A DNA stretch of 62,939 nt, counting the filler, from Choristocarpus tenellus KU-1152 (lineage: Eukaryota > Protista > Phaeophyceae): the NCBI GenBank assembly GCA_964200185.2. It is 9 parts of 9 records of this genome, joined end to end, with 100 filler letters (N's around TTAATTAATTAA, not from the genome) between each part and the next. Parts side by side here need not be neighbours in the genome. Positions count along the whole stretch, not along the records: positions 36,090 to 43,574 come from CAXNAD020006083.1; positions 43,675 to 50,540 come from CAXNAD020007185.1; positions 50,641 to 59,678 come from CAXNAD020004057.1; 6 more parts are not named here. One strand, written 5' to 3'. The notes beneath the pieces were generated by a model that saw only the letters and a list, made by a program, of their open reading frames with translations, was not told the origin of the DNA and did no database searches. Made by a program: the position numbers and the translations under genes. Below, one piece after another: positions 38,531 through 51,693 of this stretch (positions are counted from its first letter, which is position 1; the number at the start of each line of letters is the position of its first letter).

Positions 38531-39050
38531 TAGTAACCCTTAAGTTCCCCTGCACTGTTGGCGGTTTTGTAGTGTGTCCTATGCTTCTTGCCAAAATAGT
38601 ACTCCAAAGAACGAAAAGGTTCATTCTCATATTTGCAAGTTGCAAAAATTGCATTGTTTCCTCGTCAATACTCTGTTGTATGGTTATCAAGATTGATTAG
38701 TGCCTCAATTAGATCTTCCGTGTACGAAGGAGGCTGTATTGGTCGGTAGGTATGTCCTGTGGTTTAAGCATGGCAGTCATGTCGTTGCTGTATTTTGGTG
38801 TGAGTGTATGATTTGGTTATATTTTTTCTGTGGTAGAGTTCAATGAAGTTCTCAGGTAGTATGGAGAGTTATCCAATACAAGCAATAATGTTAATCTTAA
38901 AGAAACATAAGCTGGTGTGAGTGGGTTGATGGGCTGCATCTCGGTGTAAAAGGTTAGTACCAGAAATATTGAATGAATACATTTTTTAATGCACAAAAAA
39001 AATACTTCAAAGAAGTATCAAGGGGATGTGATGGAGAGTGAGGGAGAGGT

Positions 39051-39073
39051 AGAGAGAGAGAGAGAGAGAGAGA
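39051..39073. repeat. (AG)n microsatellite
   Basis: About 11 AG units. Confidence 0.9.
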
Positions 39074-39673
39074 TGTCATTGCATTTTCTCATTTCGCTCC
39101 TCTGTTGAGTATGGATCTCCAAGAAAAATAGCATGGCCGGGACCTCATTTCTTTCAGAAGAAATGTGATCATTGAACAACAATATTTAAACTGTGTGCTG
39201 CAAGGTTTTGCGACCATACCCATAGTTCCTGAGGCAGCACACCACAGTTGTGCCTTCAATGCGTTTTTGTCCAATTAAGATAAAATCCCACACGTGCGTT
39301 GTATTGTCAAGATTGTGCTTTAAATTCATGTGGCAAAATGCTTACTAAGGAAACAATCAGTTGTTGGATAACTGGATAGTTGATAGTAATAATTCTGTTG
39401 AGCGATCAAGAGAACAATATCCAGGTTATTGCAGTATCTTAAGAAGAATCCAGGAATAGTATACTTTGTAGCAAGTAATATATGATTATTGATCACTGAT
39501 CCATAGAATAGGAATGATTTGGTGGCAAGGACCCCCACCCTTTTTTAGCTTGGATGCTCACTCCTCCGTTCACCTTTCTTGCTTCATCTGCAACCTGTTA
39601 GAACCAGTAAGGATTTCATCAAGTCATTTACATACACAAGTCTTAGGAACATCAGGTCCTTTAACATGGATAG

Positions 39674-39932
39674 GAGTGAAAGTATCTTAGAGGGTACAAG
39701 TTTTGCCCTGTTTGTCCATTTGGGGCTTGACTTCCCTCGGGATTTTGATGACATTTTCCCACTCCAAAGTAATTTCGGAGTAGGCAAAATGTTTACGCTA
39801 TGAAAGGGTGGGTCCGGTACAAGGATATTGACACTTCCTAACATACACAATAGTCAAAATTACATCAAAATCGTAAAATTGGATATTGGCCCCCAAATGG
39901 ATGTGGCTCTACCCTCTAAGATACTTTGGCTC
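39674..39932. mobile_element. MITE family A copy
   Basis: TIRs gagtgaaagtatcttagagggta / taccctctaagatactttggctc; exact TSD ATAG/ATAG. Confidence 0.92.
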
Positions 39933-41619
39933 ATAGACTAGGTGGAGGGTGGGCACAGGATTGACGGAGGACTTGAAAGTTACTCCTGGAAGGAACACCG
40001 AAACAATGGTTGAACCATGTACTGGCAAACCACTCTTGGTACATGGTGGAAACAGGATGGTGTACATGTAGTCAAGGGGAAACACAGGACTATTTGTTTT
40101 TCCTTTTTGGACCTGACATCACCCTTTAGCATCTTACTGACCTCCCAGCATGGTGACCTCTAATAAGAGTGCCTCCCGAATACAACAAAATAGTAAGTCA
40201 GGGTAAGGCAGAGAAAATGGTGAAAAAGGAAGCAGCTTGAAATAATAATTGATTACTATGACACAGTAGTAGCAGTACTAGTGTAAGTGAAAACAAACAA
40301 AACAGCACACATTTGCTTGAAGTGTTGAATGCACGCCTTGTGGAAATCAGTGGAGGATATCAGCATATTGTTGCCTACATACTTACTGGGACTACACCTC
40401 TATAGAATCTAGAGCAGTAAAATGAACAACTCCATCATGTAAGATCATCTGATGTATCATACAGTTGCTCTAACTTGTCTTTCATTGGCATTGGCAGGAA
40501 GGTAGAACAATGCAGGAGGCTGAAGTTTATCTAGCAGAGAGCTTGGTTTGCCGTATGACCTGGTGGGAAAATCCCGCCTGAAATTCGCAATTTTAGGACT
40601 GGTTCTGGGGAGATCAATCAATATGTGGACCTGCTTCACGGCGTTGAGCTACTCACACAAAATATGAACCTTTAGTCATGAAGTGGGGGGTGGTGTGAAA
40701 AGGGATAGGTTTTATTATTTTTCTCTAAAAGGTGGCCTCCCCCTACTTCTATTTCACAAAAGCTTTACTATGTTAGCACCTTTCCCCCTGAGCTCAAATA
40801 AAGCCAGATGTGACCCGATCAAGAGACTTGCAAGGAAGTGTGTTGGGCTCAAAGGTGTGGTCTACGCAGGCATACTGTGGGATACTACTGGAGTCATCCT
40901 CCAAGGTTGCACATCTTGCCCTTGACGTCTCCTAGTTTGTCACATACAACACATGCTTCCACCAAATAGTAACCGCTCTGCGCTTCACCATTTCTACTGA
41001 GTTGTCTGAAATATTGTTTTCGTTCATCAAGCCTGAATACTTGATGAAGTCCAACGAGAGAAAGTGGTTAGCTTTCGTTAATTTCTCCAGCATTGATAAA
41101 CAATATAACAGCGGTCTTACACAAGAGTTTCCGTTCCAAAATACTTCTTTAAATATATGTGTTTAACTACGGTTCCAGAGTCTGTACTCTGGAGTAGTAC
41201 ATAGCATTGTCCCCTCGAACATTGATCCTGATGAAACTGTGTTCACACTACTGCAATGCCTCCGGCCTAGCTGTATAAAGGTGGGTGAGAAGCTTGGGAA
41301 AAATATGAAGGATCTGTGAGGACCCTTCATTCCCACCAGCGTGGTGTCTCCAGCTTATATGCATGACCTGCCTTGATAGAGCTACATGTGCAGTTACAGA
41401 TACTTTCTGTTTCAAACGGATCTTGACAGCCACTCTCCCCCTACCACATAGGTGGCCAACTCAACATTGAAGATTTCTGCTTGCTTCTGATGTGCCCAAA
41501 TATTTTCATTGGGAAGGTGTTGAGATCACAACTGCATGGATCAAAAGATCCCTCGCAGTGGGTGTGCTTTCGAACCTTGGCTGCAGCAGCAGCAACACCA
41601 TTACTCCTGATGGATGACT

Positions 41620-41878
41620 GATTGAAAATACCTTAGAGGGTACGAGTTTTGCCCTGTTTGTCCGTTTAGGGCTTGGCTTCCCATTTGAGTTTTTATTACG
41701 TTTTCCTACTCCAAGACGTTTTGGAGTAGGTATAATGTGTAAGTTATGAAAAAGTGTGTCCGGAACAAGGATATTAACACTCCCGAACAAACACGATAGC
41801 CAAAATTACATCAAAACTGAGACATTGGATTAGGGCCCCCAAATGGACGCGGCTCTACCCTCTAAGATAGTTTGGCTC
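41620..41878. mobile_element. MITE family A copy
   Basis: Family A body and TIRs; flanks ACT/ACT. Confidence 0.9.
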
Positions 41879-43532
41879 ACTAGGTTGGGTGGCAAGCTGC
41901 CCAGACCTCTGCAAAAGCGACATCCAGAAGTAGACTTATGTTGTGATAGGGGACTGAGTCGCCCTTTGATAATGCTTGAGCATGGAACAACCCAACATCC
42001 ATGCTGAAGTTCTTATTCACCATGAACGGATTGTCATCCTCCAGTAACTACTATTAATGCTTCAGAATCCGCCAAGTTGGAATTTCATTGTTGTTGAGAC
42101 AGAATTGATACGAAATGCTCTGCAAGCTTGCCATGATGGGATATGCAGCTCCAATTCATAGGAATGCATGCGGACCATGAAGCTCGTACAAGGCTCCATG
42201 GTACAAATGTCGTCAAGTGTGTTGGACCTCTCACTTCGATTATTCACTTCATAAGTATCATCTCATTACATAATAAGGGACTGGCAACGATGTATGACCT
42301 CAATGGGGTATCATAATGACTAAATAGTAAATAAATAATCAAGAAGTACAAACACATAAAATCTAGGACTTCAAGGTCATAATTGACTTTTATGAAACGG
42401 GCGTCAGGACAAATCGTCCGTAACAGAATAAAATTACTGTTTTACAATAGTAGTGGAACTAAGTCCTCATATACTGTTAATGGTATACTGTGTAGCATTT
42501 CTTTGTCATATTGTACTACCAACCTGAGTCCAATATGTTAGAGAGGGCATAAAAATATAATAATAAGAGGTATCCTTGGGGCTCAGTGATGAAGGTGGCG
42601 ACTACCTGCATGAATTTTGTTTGTTTGAGCCCATTCAATGCCAGACAAACTTCTTTTCACGGAAATCTCAATGGTTGAATTCTACATGGCAACCGCAATG
42701 GATTATTTTAGCACCTACCATTCTTCTTTCAGTCCATATGTGACTATGCCACGCCCTCGTTGCTCAGTGGTTAGGAATCAATGCCATACAAACATCTTTT
42801 CACAAAAATCTGGTTTCAATGATGCTATCCCATGCGGCGAGCACAATGGATTGTATACGTGTTGTACTATTCTGTCTATAGCTACACCACGATAATTCTG
42901 GACCAAGATCGAGGAGGAAATTCAACTTTGAAGGTCCAAGACAAGATTCGAGGGAGGAGGTGAAGTAACGGGCGGTTGGAGTGCTGCGCCCAATGCGCAC
43001 GAAGCAAGACAGGAGCGACAACGGTACAATTATTAACCAGTTGCTGTGCAACAGTTATTCAGTACTACATAGTACCTCTGTTCCTTTTAATAGTGCCCTT
43101 TTTGATTTTATTCTCCAGAAAATATTTTCTTTGTCGATTTTTTTCTCATCGGATCTCACTGTTGTGAAGAGCACAACCCGATCAGCTGAGTCAAATACCA
43201 AGTCCTAAAGAAATAAAACGTCATAAATGTGAAAGATACTAATCCATTTGTTACTTCACCACTATGTTGTACTACTACTGCCTTCCTGTGTCTCCAATCT
43301 ACCTATGCCTGTACACCAGGGGGGAAGGACCGAGGGAGGTATCCCAAGAATCCAATAAACCCCTCCGTGCCCATCTTCCTGGTGATTCCAGCTTAAAACG
43401 CGTGTCACGTGTGGACAGTACCACTTGCGCAGTTACCGAGACAATTTGGCGTAGCCAGAATTTAACAACTCCTTTCCTGGTATATCCTCCTGAAACATTC
43501 CGTTTACTTTCCGAGGCACCCAAAACTTTCCA

Positions 43533-43574
43533 TATAACAGGGGATTCTCAAAATTGAGGATGGAGCGGGACTAT
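43533..43574 (+). mobile_element. End of foldback/MITE family C, cut by the contig end
   Basis: tataacaggggattctcaaaattgaggatggagc. Confidence 0.65.
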
Positions 43575-43674
43575 NNNNNNNNNNNNNNNNNNNNNNNNNN
43601 NNNNNNNNNNNNNNNNNNTTAATTAATTAANNNNNNNNNNNNNNNNNNNNNNNNNNNNNNNNNNNNNNNNNNNN
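43575..43674. other. Artificial contig linker
   Basis: N44-TTAATTAATTAA-N44. Confidence 0.98.
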
Positions 43675-43705
43675 GCAGTATGAGGAGTATAATGAAACCA
43701 CACTT

Positions 43706-43887
43706 GGCTCAAAGAATCTGGGGGGGGGGGTGGCGGCTGTCCATTTGGGGTCAATTTTTTATGTCACGATTTTTGGGTGATTTGTTTCCATACGTCGGAT
43801 GGATAATGCAAGTGCACTTTTCCTGGTTATGGCCCAAATGGGCACCCTAGTGCAGACCCCCCCCCCTCCCCCCAGATACTTTGGGTC
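43706..43887. mobile_element. MITE family B copy (reverse orientation)
   Basis: TIRs ggctcaaagaatctggggg / cccccagatactttgggtc; flanks ACTT/ACTG. Confidence 0.9.
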
Positions 43888-45779
43888 ACTGGCTTGGCAG
43901 CTCCTTTTTGTGTGTACAATCAAGTACTTAGGTACAAAGAGGGGAATGACTTCAGTGTGGAGAACACAGGGGTAAGGAATTGGCAGTTGTCTGGTGAGCT
44001 CGAAAACACGCCAAAGAAGGTATACATGAAGACTTTTTCTGTGGCTGATAAAATTGTGATGGATGAGCAATAATAACAAAAATATCTAACCCTAGCCAGA
44101 ATCAAAACCTTCAAAAGTTATTACTATTACTTCTATCATTCATTCAATTCTTGTTACTATGTTTTTATTACTCTTATCATTATGATTGTAAATATTATTA
44201 CTCTTTACTATTATTCCGATCATTGTTAATCTTTCTATTTTTCGATCATTATTACTCCTATTACTATAAATTTTATTAGTAAATTAATATCATTATTATT
44301 GGTACTATTATACCTGTAAATAATTTCAGAATTATTTCAAATATCGTTCTTATTATATTTAGTATTATTTATTTGCTTAATATTATATACATTATATTAT
44401 TACTATTTTTATTATTATTTTTACTTCTATTATGTTTCCTTTTTTGCTGACCAAGATGGTGTTGGTGGTGAGAAAGATAGGACGAAAGAGAGATAGGGAA
44501 ATGAAGAATAGTAGATACAACAGATCTTGAAAAGCAGGAGCAAGAAGGAAACAAACGAAAGCAACAAATCAGAAAAATGAGTAGAAAATGAAAAACCATG
44601 AATATGAGAAAACAAATAGTATTTGTTTATAATTATGCTCTCTCACATTTTGGAGATGTGCCAGGGTAAAAACCAACCAAAGAATAACTTTTCACATGCC
44701 AGAGAAATACCTAAGGAACTAAAAGTTCTCACAAATGTGGAAAACATGTATTTATTTGATATTTCGCTACTGTATTGTACCACTGCCTTCCTATGTCTCC
44801 AATCTACTTGTAGTATTTTTATTATTATGCCCTCTGACATTTTGCAGATGTGTCAGGGGGGAAACCAATGAAAAATTTGTAGTATTTCATAATCCAAGAT
44901 GTCAAAAACAAAAACGGTACATTATCCGTTAGGAATATAATGTAACATAACTTTTTGCAAGCTCCATCATGGAACAAACCGTGTACTATAACCCTCTGGA
45001 CGAGGCTTAGTTCTCATATGGATTGGAAAGGGAGCAAAATTGGAGAAGGTGGGCTGACATGACTGTGGAAGATCATCAGTGCAAAATCGACCAAGTCACA
45101 CTTGGCAAGGTTCAAAAACCTCGTGAAAATATCCAAGCCAGTTATTATTGGGATGCCTAGGACAAAGGCCCCCTGTTGTTTGGGCACGTGCTCATCCCAT
45201 CTTTGCCCATCGGTCCTAATTCTTCCACCCACAAGTCTGTCTAGGGTCAGGATCCAACCAACCCGACAAAGAACAGCATGGTGGCAAAATGCCTGGAGGA
45301 GGGAGGGTGTGAGACTCAGATGCCTCAGGGGACAGCAGCAGCCATCGCAAAGGACTTTGGAATTACCCGAATCACTGTGTACTGTCATCTGAAGAATTAT
45401 GACAGCAAGATTGCACAGGGTGAATGCATCGACCTTGTATGAGATGGCACAAGGGGGGATGTGGTCACCGTGGAAGTATTTCCTCAATGTAAGTTTTGTA
45501 ATGAGTCACACGCACAGGAGGGTGGGAAGTGGGATTGTAGTGCATCATCTGTATGATTGGGTACATGTGGACGAGAAATGGTTTTACATCTCGAAGATGG
45601 GCAAGGTGTGTACCTGCAACCCACCGAGGATACCCCCGACCCCCCACGGGCACAGAATAAGCAGTACATTACGGAGGTGATGTTCATTGCAACTATAGCC
45701 CACCCTACGAAGCTCTCCAATTCGTGTGGTTCAATGGGACAATCGGGATCTGGCCAATCATGAACACAAAAGTCGCTAA

Positions 45780-46064
45780 GAATGAAAGTGTCTTAGAGGG
45801 TACGAGTTTTGCCATGTTCGTCTGTTTGGGGCTTGGATTCCCACACGTATATTTAATGATATTTACCTACTCCGAAATGTTTCGGAGTAGGTACATGTGT
45901 ATGTTTTGAAGTAGGGATCATGTACAAAACTATACAAAGGTGTGTCCAGAACAAGGATATTGACACTTCACAACAAACACGATAGCCAATATTACATCAA
46001 AAATGCAACATTGTATTTTGGCCCACAAACGGGCGCGAACCTATCCTCTAAGATACTTTGATTC
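45780..46064. mobile_element. MITE family A copy (nested in mariner)
   Basis: TIRs gaatgaaagtgtcttagagggta / tatcctctaagatactttgattc. Confidence 0.88.
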
Positions 46065-46066
46065 AC

Positions 46067-46244
46067 GCCTTAAAGTATCTTGAGGGGGTGGTGGTGTCCA
46101 CTTGGGGCCAATATTTTCATGTCGCGATTTTTGTGTCATTTCGTTGCATACATCGGATGGATGATGAAAGTGCACTTTTTCTGGTTTTGGCCCAAAAAGG
46201 ACACCCTGGTGTAGACATCCAACCCACCCCAGATATTTTGGGTC
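46067..46244. mobile_element. MITE family B copy inserted at the end of MITE A
   Basis: Exact TSD TCAC (46063-46066) / TCAC (46245-46248), overlapping the last two bases of the MITE A TIR. Confidence 0.88.
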
Positions 46245-47069
46245 TCACGGAACTCCAGAAATACTTCCACAAGGCCACTGTGGTGCTTTTGCCAACCACG
46301 GTGGACGGACCAAGGAATAAGAACCTCAACATCGAGAATGTCATCACGGCAATCAAGGTCCGCATGCCCAAACTAGACATACAGAGTGACAACAATCAGT
46401 CAGGATTAAGAAAGCAATAAGAAAGTTCTTGCGCCAGCACTTTCACCAAACAGTAAAAAAAAACGTATTCATAATCAGGACATTAAGAAAACATATCAAA
46501 CTCCTCCCAAAACATAACATAATCAGGACATTAAGAAAACAAAAATTTAGTCACTTCACTAAAATAATAAAACAAGAGCTTCAACTTACCGGACCAGTCA
46601 AGGGGGACGATATGGACGTGAGAATGATCAGTATTGCAACCAGTCGGTCTCCAGAGCCGCCCGAGTCAAGCACGAATGAATGATCATTGTGCCAAATGGG
46701 CATAGACAGAGATTAGACTGCGCACCAAAAACGATAATCGTGGTTCTCTGGATGGGTCTGGTGTCAGGCTGAAACATTCATACTAGGTGAGAGAGCTTGA
46801 CTGGTGCAACGACACCATACTGACTGTATTTTGATGTGTGAGGTCTCGTCGTGTGTAGTCGTGTGTACAATTACACACACGTAAAGTACCATTAGTGGTC
46901 TTCAATTCTCCTATGCAGCATCCCTGCACTATCGAGGTGTGAGTATCGTCTTCAGCATCAATACCGTCATCAGTATCGTTGTCAGTATTGATATCGACAT
47001 CGTTATCGTTATCGTTATCACCATCCCTCCAGTTTCCCTGCAGTGTGGCTTTGATTTGATTGACGAGCT

Positions 47070-47182
47070 CCAGCTAAGGTCTAGAGCTTCGGCTGGAGCT
47101 AGGGTTTGGGCTAGGGCTACACCCAGAGCCAGGGTTCGGGCTAGGGCTACGCCCAGAGTCAGGGTTTGGGCTAGTGTTAGTC
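47070..47182. repeat. Degenerate hexamer array (CTAGGG/TTTGGG/TTCGGG) with 30-bp higher-order period
   Basis: agggtttgggctagggctacacccagagcc-like unit, about 3 copies. Confidence 0.75.
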
Positions 47183-47208
47183 CTGATCATGAGCAATCTG
47201 ATGGAGAC

Positions 47209-47875
47209 GGCATGTATACAGCAGTTGATTGCATTCGTCGTTCATGTATTATTATTCTTGTTGGCACCCGCAGCAAAAAACAAGAAATAAATCTCCCACA
47301 GTACCTTCTGTACGCACGTAGCAATGTAGGAAGGTGACGATGCACTATACTCGAGTAATGCAGTTACACAGTAAACGTCACGAACACGTACGCTTGCGTA
47401 CTTGAGTAGTGGTTTGTTGCCACCGTTTTTTTCTCGCCCTGACAACGACCACTCCCCTCCTTCGCCTGTATTGTGAGCTGTGATAGAGCTGTGATGACCA
47501 TCAGAGGTCGAAGAAGAGATCCCAGACGTAAGAAACATAACACTGGCATGCATACAGTTGATTGCATTGGTCGTTCGTTTAGTATTATTCGTGTTGGCAC
47601 CCGCAGCAACAACAAAAAAACCCAACAAGAAATAAATCTCCCACAGTACCTTCTGTACGTATGCAGCAATGTATGGAGGTGGCAATGCACTATACTCGAG
47701 GAATGCAGTTACACAGTAAACATCACGAACACGTACGCTTGCGTACTTGAGTAGTGGTTGGTTGCCATTGTTGTTTTTTCGCCCCGACAACGACCACCCC
47801 CCTCCTTCGCCTGTATTGTGAGCTGTGGGATAAGCAGCAGGTTGAAAGAGAGATCCCAGGCGTAATAAAAAAATG
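47209..47875. repeat. About 336-bp tandem duplication (2 diverged copies)
   Basis: Units start at about 47209 and about 47545 and share long blocks such as caagaaataaatctcccacagtaccttctgtacg and cacgaacacgtacgcttgcgtacttgagtagtggtt. Confidence 0.92.
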
Positions 47876-48569
47876 TTGGAGCTGGCTAGCTGTGGCACGG
47901 GAGGGAGAGGCCACCTCAGGGTGATGTGTCCCTAACAGGACCAGTCAAGGATTGGCTCACCGGTGGTGTAGATCCCACCCCTCCGCCCATATACTTTGGG
48001 TTAGGATTCTGGTTAAAAACTATTACTGGTATTCCCTTTTTGGATGAAACGAACCAGTTAACATCTTTTTTGTAGGGACATTATTTGTAGGTCATGCCAG
48101 AACAATTTTGTACAAATATAAGTACAGGCCATGTTTTTGTCTAAACTTTGAGACGGAGATCCTCTTTTCGAAGTTTGGAACTTGTGGAGAAGAAGTTGAA
48201 GTACTTCCTAACGCGTACAGGTCTTCTTGTAACCCTTCCAATTTGCACTAAGTTGTTGGTACTAAAGGGCTTCACCCAATATGTTGGTATGTTGCTTCTC
48301 TTTGGCAGTTACATATCATGTACGTAATTATTTTTTCATTTCATCTAGAAGTATTTCTCCCACTCCAATTTTTACAACAACTTCGTTCTCCATGGACTTG
48401 CACCGTAGTCTTGACGCGTGTAAGCTCTTCCGAGTCAGGTTTATAACAGACAGGTACCAGTTAGAAGCGTTGCGTGGGACTTACAGGTTGTGTCACTACG
48501 CCAATTTGCACAAAAATTCTGAGCACGGGGAGTTGCTTGCGTTAAACAGTTTGGGCATAGCTCGATTTT

Positions 48570-49500
48570 TTCAGCTACATAGCATGTGGGTGTCGTTATC
48601 AGTCACACTGACAGGAGGGGGGGAGGTGAAGTAGTTGTGTTCGACCTATACGATTGGTTGCATGTTGACGATAAGTGGTTTTACATCGTGAAAGATGGGA
48701 TGGGGAAAGTGTGTTCTTGCAGCCAATGAGTTCCTCCGCGGGCACAGAATTAGCGTTACATTACGAAGGTGATATTCTTTCAGGTGTGACCTGCTCCAGG
48801 AATCTCTCTAATAGGGTGTGGTTCGATGGAAAAATAGGGATCTATTCAATCATGGACGCTAATGTTCCTCAGCTCTCCAGCAAACACCCGACCATGGGCA
48901 CGAAGGTTCTTACGCCAACCAAGGTAGACGGGGAGAGGTGTATGTATTTAACGATCGAGGATATCATCCCTGCAATCAAGGCCCACATGCCTATGCTAGA
49001 AGGACACCATCTTCGTGCAACAGGGTGGGGCATAAGCCACACATCAAGGTGGGGATTATGGAGACAATCGAGGAGGCGGCAGGGGATGGCATTGGCATAG
49101 AGATACAGCAAGTGAACTCACTTGATGTTAACGTTAATACCTGGGATTCTTTCATTCCTTCAAGCATCTGAAGGAAGATGTGGGGGGGATCAAAACAGAG
49201 AAACTGTTGGGGGCCATAACAGAGGTGTTCATTGTGTACTCCAGGGTGACAATGCTTTGCGTCAGGCAGGGCCTCTTAGCAGTTTCCAGGGAGGTTGACA
49301 ACATCTTCAAAATTCCCCAACTTAGCAACGAGAAGGCGGAGAAGGGGGGCAAGCTACCTGCAAATGCCCCGGTGGATGCTGCTCAATACCTTGCTGAAAT
49401 GGAGTTTTGGAGGGCTTGATTATAGATGTAGGCTGCCTCATTTTGGTGGAGATTTTAAGTGTGTGCACAATAGATCCATGAAATATTAACATGTGAAATG
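48570..49500 (+). mobile_element. Plant-type mariner transposase remnant (catalytic half)
   Basis: YDWLHVDDKWFY, RVWFDGKIGIYSI, IEDIIPAIKAHMP, KPH, QQVNSLDVNVN and NIFKIPQL motifs; collinear with 15900-16850. Confidence 0.88.
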
Positions 49501-50497
49501 AAATCTTGCTTCGTCTTGCTTTCTTGGGATAAGATTGGTATTATATTAATACTTCAAATTGTTTGGTTACATGCTTACAAAATATATATATATATATATA
49601 TCTGGGGATAAAAAAAACAATTCTACCTCCCTATTCGCAGCACATCCCAACACACCACTATGGCGTAGCATGACTTTTCCCAGGAAATAGTCAACAAAGA
49701 CAACATGACTTTTGGAACACATCTGAAAGTAGTTTCATTTTATAAGTTCTCTTATTTTGTATTTTTTTTACTCAAAGATTGATGCCTAAACACTGAATTC
49801 CGAGTAGCGCGATTGGCTATCCTAATCGGTAATTGCTAATGTCATACCGACAGTGGTCTCCATTGTGAGGGTCTCCAGGATAGGGAGGGTGGGGTGGCAA
49901 AGGGTTGTTCATGGTATAGTCGAGAGGGAATAAACTTCTGACCAATGAGAAGCAGGAATTTGTGGTGACCTTAGAAGTAGGGATTCAAAATCGAGATGAC
50001 TGTCACGTCAGCCGCCCTTGCAGTCCTTTAATGTAATAGTCCTGCACCTCCCTGCTTCTTGTGGCCACTATGCCATTGGTGAACTTGGGTGCAACCCTGG
50101 AGTGGTTGACAAGATATCAAGTGATTCAAGCATTGCACCAAGCACAAACCAGAGAGGGTGGGTTGTAGGGGATGGGGAGTGAAGGCGGTCAACTGGCTGT
50201 AGTCATTGAACAGACTCGACAATCCAATCAAAATCTCTAAGAAAAAAAAGAGGCTGCGATCCCTGGTGCAAACCCATCCAGGAGGACTTCAGACCTCCAC
50301 CTCTGGACACACAACCCTAACCCTTAAGACTTGGACCGCACCACGCTACCAACATTTTAAAATTGAAGCATACTGCACAGAATGGGGTCCCGTATCATGC
50401 TTGCTCGCAACTGAGCACAGGCAGAAGGAACACCCAATCACTTCGCTGGGGAAAGTGTCAAGGTGTACATTGGACAGATTTTGTAACACCCTACCAT

Positions 50498-50538
<41 letters not shown>

Positions 50539-50540
50539 TC

Positions 50541-50640
50541 NNNNNNNNNNNNNNNNNNNNNNNNNNNNNNNNNNNNNNNNNNNNTTAATTAATTAANNNN
50601 NNNNNNNNNNNNNNNNNNNNNNNNNNNNNNNNNNNNNNNN
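50541..50640. other. Artificial contig linker
   Basis: N44-TTAATTAATTAA-N44, flanked by poly-C on both sides. Confidence 0.98.
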
Positions 50641-50662
50641 CCCCCCCCAGATACTTTGACCC
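50641..50662. mobile_element. MITE family B right end at the contig start
   Basis: ccccccccagatactttgaccc. Confidence 0.75.
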
Positions 50663-51060
50663 ATTAGAGTAAAGGTGATTTGGGGGTCTGACCCCCGTGG
50701 CATCTTGACATTCGTTACCTTCTTCTGAAGTGTTGCAATTTCCTCGTCTGAGTGAATGGGAAAATGTTCTCTCAACTGCTTCCAAGTCTCTGATGGTGAC
50801 ACTGCATTGCGAACAATACACCAGTAGCCAGTGGTACTTCTTAACAAAACGTCATATGCTTTTTTGGCTTTGGTGAGCTCATCTTCACTCACATCCTCCC
50901 TCTTGATGAAGTCAATATCACCCACTCTAAGAGGGTCATCCCCGTGTTCCAACGCTGGTCGATATCACCTTTAGCGCCCAGGAAGGCACGCATTGTGGTG
51001 AACCAGTTGGCGTAATTGTTGTCCAACAACAGAAGGAGTTCGGTGTGAAACCTCTCTGAG
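50663..51060 (-). mobile_element. Ty1/Copia gag N-terminal remnant
   Basis: LDNNYANWFTTMRAFLGAKG (NY..W...M..fL), then after a frameshift KAKKAYDVLL..SPSETWKQLREHF..VKMPRGSDP. Interrupted by a MITE B. Confidence 0.75.
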
Positions 51061-51399
51061 ACCATAAACGATGGAAACCAACCCAAACCAATCCAGTTCG
51101 CCTGTGCCCCATCTAGCTAGAATATGTTGATAGTGCTTATAAGAGTATTGATGAGCTTAGTGCATGAAAGGCTTGACGCCCAAAACTACCGGTTGAGTTA
51201 CATGGTGAACAATGGATTGTTAGTTACCCATCAGTTGTCCAATATTTCTGACGTATGAATAAACACTGACTCATCATACCGCTACTCACCATACCCTTTT
51301 TCACGTTACAACCGTGTATTTTGTACCAATCCAAAGATAAACGTACGTGAAAACTATGTTACATACTTGTGTCAGTACTTACAACAAAAGGATAACACT

Positions 51400-51693
51400 A
51401 GATCGTTCGACAACCCCCCCACACAGGAAAAGACACGACATGGAAGCTCAACGAAGTCAGGACGGAGGGGGGGTAGAATGTCAAGCTTGTAATGCAGCCT
51501 GCGTGGTCACCTGAGCTCAATATTAACGACTTGGGGTCTTTGCATCCCTAAAATGTAGAGTTTGGAGAGAGTGTCATGGTACGATAGATGGCCTTGTGAA
51601 GGGGGAAACAAGCATGTGAGGTGCGTATGACACAGCTACTTTGGAGAGGGTGTGTCAGATCTTCTTTAAGTGGTGCAATGAAGTTTTGAAGGC
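51400..51693 (+). mobile_element. Fragment of a second, divergent mariner subfamily
   Basis: VKLVMQPAWSPELNINDLG / LKCRVWRE..TIDGLV / TLERVCQIFFKWCNEVL. Confidence 0.7.

Larger units (their letters stand above)
44920..46376 (+). mobile_element. Plant-type mariner, 3'-truncated, with nested MITE A and MITE B
   Basis: TA plus left TIR cattatccgttaggaatataatgtaacataactttt. Motifs YDWVHVDEKWFY, YITEVMFIATIAHP, WFNGTIGIWPI and IENVITAIKVRMP. Confidence 0.9.

Noticed and set aside
44100-44620. Very AT-rich (ATT/TAT) tract with hydrophobic ORFs
   Set aside because: Low-complexity sequence; the ORFs are compositional artefacts.
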